A DNA stretch of 47,079 nt from the NCBI GenBank assembly GCA_045837725.1, contig JBEWZL010000267.1:186001-233079 (forward strand), in the 5' to 3' direction. The notes beneath the pieces are model-generated. The model saw nothing but the letters and a program-made list of their open reading frames with translations. It ran no database searches and was not told the DNA's origin. Shown in pieces: positions 36,782 through 47,079 of the stretch. The translations under genes and the position numbers were made by a program. This stretch comes from Vermamoeba vermiformis (Eukaryota). The stretch's first letter is position 1, and each line of letters starts with the position of its first letter.

Positions 36782-39463
36782 ATGAAGTTACATATCGTAT
36801 TCATGCTTCTTTTACAAGTAATCAGCGTCTTTGGCGTCATGCGAGTCGTATCTGTTCAGCCGATCTCTTCAACAATCAGTTCCGCAAAGATTCTGCGTGA
36901 CGGCGAGATTCTTTGGGCTGAAATGCTCAATGCGCGCGGCGGAGTAAATATTAACGGCACTTTGCACCCCTTAGAACTGATCTCAGTTGATATTGGTGCT
37001 CCAACGGATTCAGAAATGGCTCAAAATGCAATTAATGCTATTAGAGCGGTTGCTAATGGTACTTATGGTGAAGTACATGCGATGCTAGTCCCATTCTCAT
37101 CGTCCTTGACGGAAGTGCACGCGATCGAGGCTGAAAAGCACAAAATTCTTAGTTGCGCTGCTGGTAAGATACGATTTCACAATTTCGACGATTTAAAAAT
37201 AGCACCAATTTAATTGCAAATTATTTCACTGAAAGCTAGCTTTTAATTCGTGTAGACTTTTGCCATTTAAGGCAACTAAATTTTGGAATTTTGGAAGAAT
37301 GTGATCGAAGACGGCTTATAGCGGGTTGTAATATACTTATTTTACTAGGAGGTGCCTCGCCAACCCTATTCGAGTGCGATGAGAACCTATTTACTCCATG
37401 CACATCCGCCACGGGTCGCAGATTTGAATACATGGTTGGAGTTCAGCCAAGTGCTTCAAGTATCTTTCCTCCTGCAATCTCATTGGCTAGAGTAAAGGGA
37501 GCAAAGACGATGGCCATTGTCAGAGAGAGCGGTGCAAACGAGCTTTATTTTCAAGCCATCCGAAAAGGTGCGATCAACGGTGCTACGGACAACAAGCTTG
37601 AAATCGTCTTAGACATTGCTGTGCCCTACTCTCCAAAGCTTACAGATAGTGCACGAGAGTATATGAAGGGCGCCATCGCTCAACTGCAACAACTCAATCC
37701 GGATTTAGTCGCAGGAGCAGTTTGGGGTCCTGGATGTCTTGCTTTTATTCAAGCAGCCAAAGAAATGAACTACACCGCATCTGCATTTCTCATGTCTGTT
37801 TGCGCTAGCGACTCTTCGACGTTCAAATCGGTCTTGGGCGACACTGGCCGTTATGTATCCGGAACAACTGTTTGGGATCGACGCTTGACTGGACGAATGT
37901 ACAACGAAGATGGCTCCAGTTCTATTCACTTCTTCCGTTACACTGTAAGTAACGCGAAACAAATAACAGATCCTGAAATGGAATTGCATCCAAGTTTGCT
38001 TCAATTTCAGAAAGATTTATGAAGATTAACGTTATCTATTATAGAACACTACTGCTAGCCCGCAAATATTTCACGAAGTCTTTATTGAACGATTTGGATA
38101 TGCGCCAAGTTATCCCGCAGCCACTCAGTTTGCCTGCGGATTAGCCCTCCAAGCTGCAGCAGAAATGGCTGGCTCGCTTGAAACAGAGGCTATGCGCGTT
38201 GCTATTAATAGAATTAACGTCGCAACATTCTACGGACAACTACAGTTCAACTCTTTTGGTCAGATGGTGGAAACTCAGTTCGGCGCTATTGTTCAATACA
38301 ACGAGAACAATGAAGATGTAGTCGTCCTGCCTATCGCTGCTTCGGCTAACGACCTCATTTATCCTATGCCTGCTTGGAATGAACGAGAAGAGCAAATCCG
38401 CTGGTACGCGACATCCGCAGAGCAAGGAATTATCGTCGCATCTGGTGTTGGAATATTATTCTGCTTCTCTATGATGATACTATTCGCTAGATGGCGTCAT
38501 AGACCGCAAATAATAGCCTCATCATTGCTATTTGTCGAGCTTATCATTCTTGGTGCCGCCATGATCTACGCTTCAATTTTCTTCTGGGCACTTGAAACTA
38601 CGACTGCTATGTGCAATTTGCGATATTGGCTTGCTGGCGTTGGATTCGTATTAATGTTCAGCGCATTGCTAACGAAGACTTGGCGAGTTTGGCGCATCTT
38701 CCACGAGCACAGCTTGAAAATGATCAAACTGACCAATGGCTACTTGCTCCGCATTATGGCCGTGGCACTGAGCATAGAGATCATCGTGTTGACTATATGG
38801 ACAGCTGCTTTCACCCCACAAGTCGAGACTGTTGTCTTGGATGTGAATCGTCCGATCTTGAACTACAGAACTTGCTCGAATAACCAATCGCTGCCCTTTG
38901 CTATAGTTCTCATAGTATACAAGGGCATATTGATCATCGGAGGAGTAGTTTTAGGCTTCTGGTCGCGAAAAATCCGCAGCGAGTACAACGAATCCAAGTT
39001 CATCATAATCGCTATGTACAACATCGTATTTGCAGGCCTCATCTTGCTCGTATTATACGCTATTCAACTTGCAGACAGACAAATAGACTTTTTGATTCGG
39101 TCTATCGCCATTTTGTGGGGAGTCACAGCGACCCTTTGCATCTTGCTGATCCCGAAGATTTATTACGTGGCCAGCGGATCCAACGACCCAACACGAAAGA
39201 GACCTGGTTCAACTTGGAGCAGCGGTACTCCTCAATCATCGACTAATGTTCCTGAGACCTACGAAGCGGTCCAAGAACAATTGGATCTACTGTCAAAGCG
39301 AGAACAGATCTTGCGCGAGAGATTAGCTGAATTGAAGGCTAGCGACAAAAGGTTGCGCGGCAATGATCATTCTAGCAAACATTCGAAGAAGAGCACGAAA
39401 TCGGGATCGTCAAAGGGCACTGAAATGGCAAGTGTTAATAGTATTAGCACAAAAGAAGTTTAA
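36782..39463 (+). CDS. Class C (GABA-B-like/Grl-type) GPCR with periplasmic-binding-protein ectodomain
   Basis: Signal peptide; LIV-binding-like NARGGVNING and ATFYGQLQFNSFG; 7TM_3 motifs LMFSALLTKTWRVWRIF, EYNESKFI and LLIPKI; coiled-coil tail. Confidence 0.92.
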
Positions 39464-39870
39464 TAGGTCCATGAAATGTAATCGCTCACTTGTATTCTAC
39501 GGAAATTATATAGTTACAAAAGCCGCTTTTACTTGGAAACTGCAGGAATTATATTTCAATCTGAAACTTGTACGGTCATGCAAACCAAAAGAGGCCTTCG
39601 TGCGGGTGTTCGATGCTTGATCTAACAGTGGGGCACGAAGAGAATATTTGATAGCACGACGGTCTGAAGTTAACAACCTCGTGAAACGCAAGCGAGATCT
39701 CGGTTCGACTCTTCTTGGGTTTTATATTAAACGAAGCAAGGGTAGGTCGCAGTAAAGTTACCCGTAATATTCTTTTCGTACTCTTCCATAAATTTAGGAA
39801 AATGACACAAAAGTTGATCGGGAGACTTTCTGATGGTATTTTTCTCACCGAACACACATAACACCACAGT

Positions 39871-40251
39871 ATGGACCCTAATCAACAGAATCAATTTGTA
39901 TATAGCCCTCCCGCTTATAACGCGCAACCTGGTTACCAGCCCAACATTTACCAGCCTCCTACTTATCAAGTCACGCCGCATCAGCCTCTGTTACACGCAC
40001 AACCTGGATATCAAAACCAGACTGTCATTCACGTCTCTACCGATGCTCCTACTGAAAACAATTGCTGCTTGGGCTTCTGGATGAGCTTTTTCTTCAGCTT
40101 CCTTGGCTTGTTGTGTATGTTCTGCGTGCGAGACAAATCTTCTTACCTCAAGGGCTGGATCATTCCTTTCCTCATCTCTTTGGTCGTTGGTGCTTTGATT
40201 TTGATCTTGGCTGGTGCTGGTGTAATTGTAGTTCATACCTACAATTATTAA
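39871..40251 (+). CDS. Small P/Q/Y-rich membrane protein with Cys-rich TM region
   Basis: PPAY/PPTY-rich N-terminus, NNCCLGFWMSFFFSFLGLLCMFC and a second TM segment. Confidence 0.8.
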   Translation: MDPNQQNQFVYSPPAYNAQPGYQPNIYQPPTYQVTPHQPLLHAQPGYQNQTVIHVSTDAPTENNCCLGFWMSFFFSFLGLLCMFCVRDKSSYLKGWIIPFLISLVVGALILILAGAGVIVVHTYNY

Positions 40252-40817
40252 GTTGTTTATAGTTTTGTAGATTTAATAAATTCTTTTTAGCGACTCAAGA
40301 TTTATTACCACCGCAATGATTTTACTAATAATATTTTTATTAGGATATTTATGAATATCTCTACAACCTGTCTAATAATGGCTCTTCTCATAAATTCAGA
40401 AAAAACGAAACTCGATCAAAGATCGGAACTTTACAACTAATGATCTTTTAGCCACGTCCAATTGTTTGCATTGGTAAACCATATCATTAAGAAAGTTGCA
40501 CTAACTCAGCCAAAGTGCAGCTGGATCCAGATTTCGCATTCACGAAAAAACCAATTCGCGACTGCACAACGTTCCCGGGTGCAAAATCAAATCGCTATCG
40601 GTGCGAAGTTTCACAAGGTATGTCGCAAGCAAGATTTCCCTACTCTTTTTATTATCTCGCTGGATTTCAAACTTAGTTTTTTTGAGCGGGCTTTGTGCTC
40701 TACCAGGGCTCAATCTCGACCATAAAGAACTCTTGGTGCACGTTCAAACTCAACAAAATATCGAATTTGACGACCACGCGAGCCAATCTAAGCCAGTTTT
40801 CCAACGAATCCGATCCA

Positions 40818-42007
40818 ATGCTTCAAACAATTCAGTCTAACCAAAGCTCAGCACTGCTTCGCCCCTCGATCCCTCAAGTAACCAAATTCGACGGAGAGAT
40901 CGTCGTGGAGCGCATAGGAGACAAGTCAGAGCTCTCTAAGCTCTACTCAAGCAATCCTATTCGATTCATGCCGTTAGCTCGATCGACCTCTGTGCCGTCC
41001 TCAGCTGCCCTGGATATTAAATACGTCACTACTGTACAACTTGGACCTGGTATTGGAGGATCTAATCCTGACCGCTCCATTCGCCTGCATGTTAAGCAGA
41101 GCAGCGGAATCTGCCTAACAACTGCTACATCCACGAAAGTAATTCGCTCCAAGGCAGAAGGCCCATGCACCAATGTAGTCGATGCGCGCGTAGACGACAT
41201 GGGCTTCTTGTTTTATGCTCCAGAGCCTCTGTTGCCTTCCACCAGCTCATCTCTAACCCAGCTGCAAAGTTTCGAATTGCGACAAAACGCCTCAGTCGCA
41301 GCGTTAGAATGGCTCTTAAGGTACTTATAGATTTTATATTACGATTTATCCGTAAATTTATTTTATAAACAAAGCAGTATTTATTTATTTAAATTTTAAA
41401 AAACTGGGACAACAACCAGTCTTAATTTGGCAAAAATCTCGAGTTGGAAGTTCAGTCCGTGTCATTTTTGACCTGTCGAATACCTATAATCCATATTCAT
41501 GCCCAATGCTGACGTTCTGATTCAATTAGTGTTCGAAAGTCGTCCGAGCCAGATGCGAAAGTTTGGACTTTAAACCGGTATGAAAGTTCTATGAATCTCC
41601 GACGAGATAGCGACGCATTTAGCGAAAGAATGGTACTCGACAACACTGACCATTGTTTGGACGAGCGCGTTAGAGTCAACGAAAAAGAGTCGTTGAATGT
41701 TGTCGGCAGATTTGTTCTTTACGGAGCTCAGTGCCACGAATCAATTCAACAACTGCTAAATATGGCTGAAAGATTAGATACCTTGCATGTCATGTATAAC
41801 TCTGATGAGAACGTGGTCGGCTTTTCCGTCAAAAACTGCGATCCCAAGAACATCCAACGCCACGACGTGTTCTTCTCGCTGAAGGCATTCGACAATAATC
41901 AAGGGCTCGTTGTCTACTTTGGAGGATTCAACAGAGAGGCAGTGTTGCAAGAGCTCGTGCAGATGTTGGACCCGACTTTGAGTGCCTTATTGAAAACCAA
42001 ACTGTAA
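40818..42007 (+). CDS. ureD: UreD/UreH urease-accessory-like protein (divergent), two coding exons
   Basis: YSSNPIRFM, LTTATSTKV, FYAPEP, ASVAALEWL and WTLNRYESS follow the UreD motif order. Intron ~41321-41529. First in-frame ATG is at 40818. Confidence 0.75.
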
Positions 42008-42330
42008 GCTGGCAATCGAAAGACCGATCCAGTGTACTATAATATGTAAATATTGTATAATTAAATGCTTACGTTTCATGAAACACGTACGCTTTCAGTT
42101 ACTGAGTTCGCTACATTTTCCGCGATCTGATCTGGCCAAAGCCTAACATCCTCCCTATCATTTATAAGAAGTGTCTGGTGAGAATCTATGGCCGTTTAGA
42201 AATAAATAAGAGTTTTAATTAATAAACAAGTTTTTACAAATGACGCTGATTAAAAAATCAGATCGCGTTACACACGGTAAAAAGAGTCGAAAAATAAGTT
42301 ATGTAAGAGTTCAAAACAATACCAATACCA

Positions 42331-43154
42331 TTAGTACTTTCTGATCCTCTTGCCCGTAACAGCCTGCGCCTTTCGTTCAGCGTCTTTCCTTCTCTCCAGC
42401 TCGTCATTTTTGTTCTTGATCTGCGCTTCTTGAGCTTTCTTATTTATGACTTTTAATAGCACCACGAGCAGAACGGAGCAAATAATGTTGAGACCGGCAA
42501 AACCGCAGATAAATCCGACGTTTACGCCGAGGTTGTCAGAGAAACTAAGACGAATGAAGGATTTTTTGAGTTGGACAGCAGTGTAGTTCAGATTTGCAAA
42601 AGTTTCGTTTGTGACAGCAAAAGGGTCAACCTCGACAACTGTAGTATTAGTGCCGTTGGTAGTGCCGTTTGTTTGGAAAATGTCTTCTAGCTCTAATTTG
42701 AATGGAAATATCGTTAGTCAATCTGATCGACGCGCACGAAAATAAATGCAGGCGGAATTTGATAAAAAATGGGTATTCTTAATATTATATATTTATGATA
42801 ATGGTATTATTAGTTTTGAATGTGCTCGGGTATGACCCACACGGAGTAGATTTATTTGAAAAAATAGCCGGTAATTTGATTTCTATTCATTACTCCTTAT
42901 TTAAACAATAGGAACTGATATTCTCGTGTTGTAGTAATTAATTATAGCGATATTTAATTATTACAGCCAATTTGCACGAGAGGGTAATGAAATCCAAAAA
43001 TTAAATAGAGATGCGGCAGTAAAACAACCGAAAATATTATTACAATATCAATAATATCTACAATAATCTAATTCTTACCATTTCGCTCGCCTGAAGCGAC
43101 ATAACAAAAGGCTACAAGATAAAATGCGACAATAAACAGATGTGATAGCTTCAT
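42331..43154 (-). CDS. Small single-pass membrane glycoprotein (not in ORF track)
   Basis: Exon 1 MKLSHLFIVAFYLVAFCYVASG splices to ELEDIFQTNGTTNGTNTT..., TM segment VGFICGFAGLNIICSVLLVVLL and a basic tail ending RIRKY*. Confidence 0.78.
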
Positions 43155-43784
43155 GATGTGTAATTCTTATATACAAATAAATATATTCCTCGTGTAGTAG
43201 TACAACTATTAGCAATAAAGTTGATACTAAGTGAGGTCTATTTATCGTTTGTTTAGTTGAAATTCAAATAACAGCAGCACGCGAAAAAAAAACGGCCTTC
43301 GGAAAATTGACTGCCTATTAATTTTGTCATTCATATTATGTATATAACCCACAATAGAATATATGTTGATACATTAAATGAGCAACTCTGACCAACCAAT
43401 CTTGACGGATCAAATCTTCCATCCGAGCTCTGTTCCCTTAGCCATTAATTTTGGATAAGATATTATTACAGCGCATTATAAATTTATAGTTGTCAGCTCC
43501 TCGTAATTAGGTAGGTTCTTTTATTGTTGGAGCATAATTTACAAGTGCAGTGTAAATCGTTTTGTCTGATTGCTTAACTCAATAATCGCAAATTACGCCA
43601 GCACATTGCTTTATTTTTCTTAGTAATTTATAGGAAAATAGAAAAATATGCCGTGCTTCGTGTGAAATAGGTTTGTGTTCGATCTGAAATCATACAGCGT
43701 CAGACAGTAGCAATATAAATAGAAAGCTTCAACAGTATTTGCCAAATTCGAAATACAACAGTAGATAGCACGTGCCAAAATAAT

Positions 43785-44576
43785 ATGCTCAAAGCCATAC
43801 TAATTTTCGCCGTTTTGATCTTCGGATTTGGGTTCATTGCGACAAAGGCTGATGATTATCTTCCAGCGCTGCATCAAATTCGACCATACACCTTCTCTAC
43901 ATCATACAGCTGTGGTGGAAATTACAAAACATCGGCACTATTCTTGTCTAGCTATTCTCAACGTTCGAATGCGCCAGATCTGCTTTACAATGGTCCTTGC
44001 ACAAGCCAGAAGTTCTTCCAATCCAACACTGCAGGAGATGATTTTGCTATAATAAGGTACCACGACAAGTTTAAGCCTCAAATACGAAAAAATATTTATT
44101 ATTTTGTAACTAGCTTGATCGGAAACGTCTCTTTGGAAGAAGTGACTGCAACTATGGCCTTTCAAGGACTTAATGACGTAGGTTCTACGTTCCAAGAAAG
44201 ACAGCCGGCCATTCCATCCATGTCTTACGTCGCTCTTTTGTCCAAATCCGAATTTCGCGCTCTCATTGCTTTCCGTGTCCAGTCCATTGCCAATGCTACT
44301 TGGGCCTGTGATATCGAGTACGCCGTATTGTCGTATTCGATTCAAGACACCCTCGTTCAATCTCCAGGCTGGGACTGGTACGCCAAAAACAACTACACGC
44401 AAACAACTCCATCCGCAGCTGAAGTTGAAGTTTCTACGCCAATTGTTTATACCGTTGATGCTATGACTATCATGGGTGCTACTATGGGCGCTACTATTCT
44501 TGGCTTGGTCGTCGCGGTCATTGTTCTTGGCGTCAAACTTCGCAGTCGATCTGGTTACTCGCACATTCAACATTAA
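43785..44576 (+). CDS. Secreted/single-pass membrane protein of unknown function
   Basis: Signal peptide, C-terminal TM segment ATILGLVVAVIVLGV and a GYSHI tail. Probable in-frame intron at ~44056-44112. Confidence 0.8.
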   Translation: MLKAILIFAVLIFGFGFIATKADDYLPALHQIRPYTFSTSYSCGGNYKTSALFLSSYSQRSNAPDLLYNGPCTSQKFFQSNTAGDDFAIIRYHDKFKPQIRKNIYYFVTSLIGNVSLEEVTATMAFQGLNDVGSTFQERQPAIPSMSYVALLSKSEFRALIAFRVQSIANATWACDIEYAVLSYSIQDTLVQSPGWDWYAKNNYTQTTPSAAEVEVSTPIVYTVDAMTIMGATMGATILGLVVAVIVLGVKLRSRSGYSHIQH

Positions 44577-45673
44577 TTGCACTCGCTGCTAAATTATATA
44601 ATACGTATTATATATGTTATTATTTCCGCATAAAAGAATGTACGATTGGTCGCACACTGAGATCGAGAATAATAACTTGAAGCATTAGAACTATCAAAGG
44701 TAAGGCGGTTGCGTTAAAGCACAAATTACGGTGCGTGGATCAAGAGCTCGATAAGCTTATGACAGCTGAGTATTTTCGTAGTAACGAGGCAGACTATTCC
44801 AATAAACACGCGAACGAAAATGACGGCGGTTTATTTCAGAGGCCCAAATACAAGCCAAAATTCTATCTCCAAAAATCTCGAGAGCAATTTATATCCAGAA
44901 AGAATCAACCGAATAATTTGCACTTTGCAGCTAGCATGGTGGTGCAATAAAGAAATAAAGCATCACACCCAGACCAGACCGGAAGCTGATCGGAAGAAGC
45001 CCAGCTCATTTGGCGTTGCTTTAAGCTAGATTTGCAAAGTTTTGAATTTAGGGACAATGGCTAATTGGAATTTAATTAAGTCTCAATTAGAGATAAGATT
45101 TTGCGTTTGTGCTAAAATGTCGAGCGCTCGCCATTTCGAGTTACGCTACAACCAGCCTGAATGGTGCAAGTAAGTATAGTTGTATGTATTATTCTCTGTA
45201 TTTGAAACTTAAAACCAGTCCGAAAAAAATTAACCAGCGAAGTTCGATTAGTAAGCACTGTGCTCTCAGGTGTTGGAATATTAGTTACATTTCACAGAAG
45301 TTGGGGCAGCGTATATTTGACGATCCAACCGATTCTTGCAATGAGTTATTTATAACATTAACGCAATTTTTCTGAATTTTTTAAATCGATTAATTTCCGG
45401 AAAGAAGGCAGACGCGAAACGCTATCGGTTACAAAAGCTTACACCAGTATATGCCAAAGCATAGGTAAAATTTTATGATGGGCGATTCTACTGGCACCCG
45501 TCATCTATTATCGGAAATTTAACGTTCTATTTATAGAGGTCTGAATAAAAAGGGACGGTTCTTCTGTTTTTATTAATAACAATTTGTTTCAACAAAGCAC
45601 CACGAGAGGTAAGTTATATTTCGTTTTTTAAAGTGAATTTGCTCTAATTTCTCTAAGGTTCGTAACACAAGCC

Positions 45674-47079
45674 ATGTCTTTCAAAGTGTTCATCGGTTTG
45701 CTCCTGGGATTGCACCTGCATGTGGTCATCATATACGCGACCTCAATCAACATTGCTACACGGACCGGAGGCTTCTACACTCTTTGTAAGAATAACGTGG
45801 ATGCGTTTTACAACCAAACTGGGATCACCGTGAACGTCATCGCATTCAGCGAGGCTGATCTTCAATCCGAAATGCTTGCCGACTTGAAGAAGGGCTCTCC
45901 GTATTATGATGGATTCGTAGGAGGAGGCAGCGAATTCTACCTGTTGATTATGTGTCCCGACTGCAACTCTGATATTCGACCGCTCCTCCAACCTCTCAGC
46001 GATTGGGTGCGTGATGATGCTGCCATAGCATGGTACGACATCGCTACTTTCGAGCGTACGACTACTTCGGTCTACAAAGGCGAGATCTACATGGTGCCAA
46101 TGGATGCGGATGCGCTGCTCCTCTACTACCGAACTGATGTCCTCCAGCAAGCTGGTTTCAGCGCACCTCCATCCACTTGGGACGAGTACATTCAAATTGC
46201 TAAGGCACTGCAAGGCGTGGACATGAATCGAGACGGCATTCCTGACCACGCTACGTGCACTGGCAAGAAGAACTCGACTATTTTCGATTTGAACGCATAT
46301 TTCTTCATGGTTTATGCTTCACCATTCCTCCAATACAACGGCACGCATCAAGGCGTATTCTTCGATGCTGAAACAATGGCACCGATGTCCAACACTACTG
46401 GATTCGCTCAAGTGTGGTCGCTATACAAGGAAATGCTGCAGTATGGAGCTGAACTCGAGGTTGACTTTTGGGACTCCATGTCGCTCTTTGCTGAAGGTCG
46501 CTGCGCAATGTTCATATCGTTCGGCGACGTTCTAGGTCCAATCAGGGGCTCTGTTGTGGAGAACCGGAGTTTCAATCCCGCCTGGCTCGAAGCAAGTCTA
46601 CAACCGAGACACGAATCAAATGGAGCCCTGCACGGCAGATATATGCAAGTTCATGGACGCCCAAGGAATCAATCGCGCTCCTTTTGCTACTCCTGGTTAT
46701 GGCGGCTACGTGTCTCGATTCACCGAAGACGATCGAAGAAAAGCTGCCTACGACTTTCTATCGTTTATATCTCAGCCTGCTCAGAGCAAAGTGGGAGTAT
46801 TCGAGGGGCTAGGACAAGACGTATTCCGAAAGTCGCTGCTCAACGCCAATCTGTGGAAGGAGAATGGCTTCTCGAATGTCACATCAGTCGACGCCATTAG
46901 CGCTCTGGGTGCGGTCATGGACAGCCCTAACGTTGCGATCCCCATGCCAGCCATTCAGCAAGACCTCTACTTCGCTGCCTTCACTAACTGGAACAAGTGC
47001 TATTTGTTCAACGAATGCACGCTGGAACAAGCTCAAGCTGGATTGACGAACGATTGGATGTCACTCTTGCAGCAGTACG
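45674..47079 (+). CDS. Extracellular solute-binding protein (family 1)-domain gene, frameshifted near 46565, runs off window
   Basis: Signal peptide, YKGEIYMVPMDADALLLYYRTDVL..PPSTWDEY and LFAEGRCAM. Homology-like sequence continues in another frame (PPGSKQVYNR..INRAPF..AAYDFLSFISQP). Confidence 0.85.

Noticed and set aside
43938-44582. 214-aa antisense ORF (and many similar shadow ORFs in the track)
   Set aside because: They lie opposite real exons and lack recognisable motifs.
1-47079. CRISPR array, rRNA or tRNA genes
   Set aside because: No regularly spaced repeats or recognisable structural-RNA signatures found by eye.

Overview
A gene-dense eukaryotic window with AT-rich short GT-AG introns and exons of about 45% GC (estimated by eye). 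The gene content suggests an amoebozoan-like protist (inference). Ordinary genes: C2-arrestin, a GPI-type surface protein, a Zn2Cys6 transcription factor, NDUFS5, CMC1, a pepsin-family protease, a DRAM/Frag1-like protein, a class C GPCR, a UreD-like protein and several small membrane proteins. There is also a large NACHT+HEAT gene and a frameshifted solute-binding-protein gene. Two accessory zones stand out. (1) At 4.7-9.5 kb, a PD-(D/E)xK + kinase (Crinkler/FunK1-like) gene is interrupted by an apparently intact, intron-containing pogo/Tc1-mariner element (7084-8610, 29-bp perfect TIRs, TA TSD). Next to it lies a ~720-bp ORF-less, intron-less island bounded by ACCTAA direct repeats. (2) At 14078-17742 there is a non-autonomous composite element built from four copies of the terminus TAGTTCCGTCCA. 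It is flanked by a 5-bp TCAAA duplication and carries decayed host-gene pieces (ML/NPC2-like, Mug135-like, ZNF277-like). All family assignments are by motif recognition, and exon boundaries were read by eye and are approximate.
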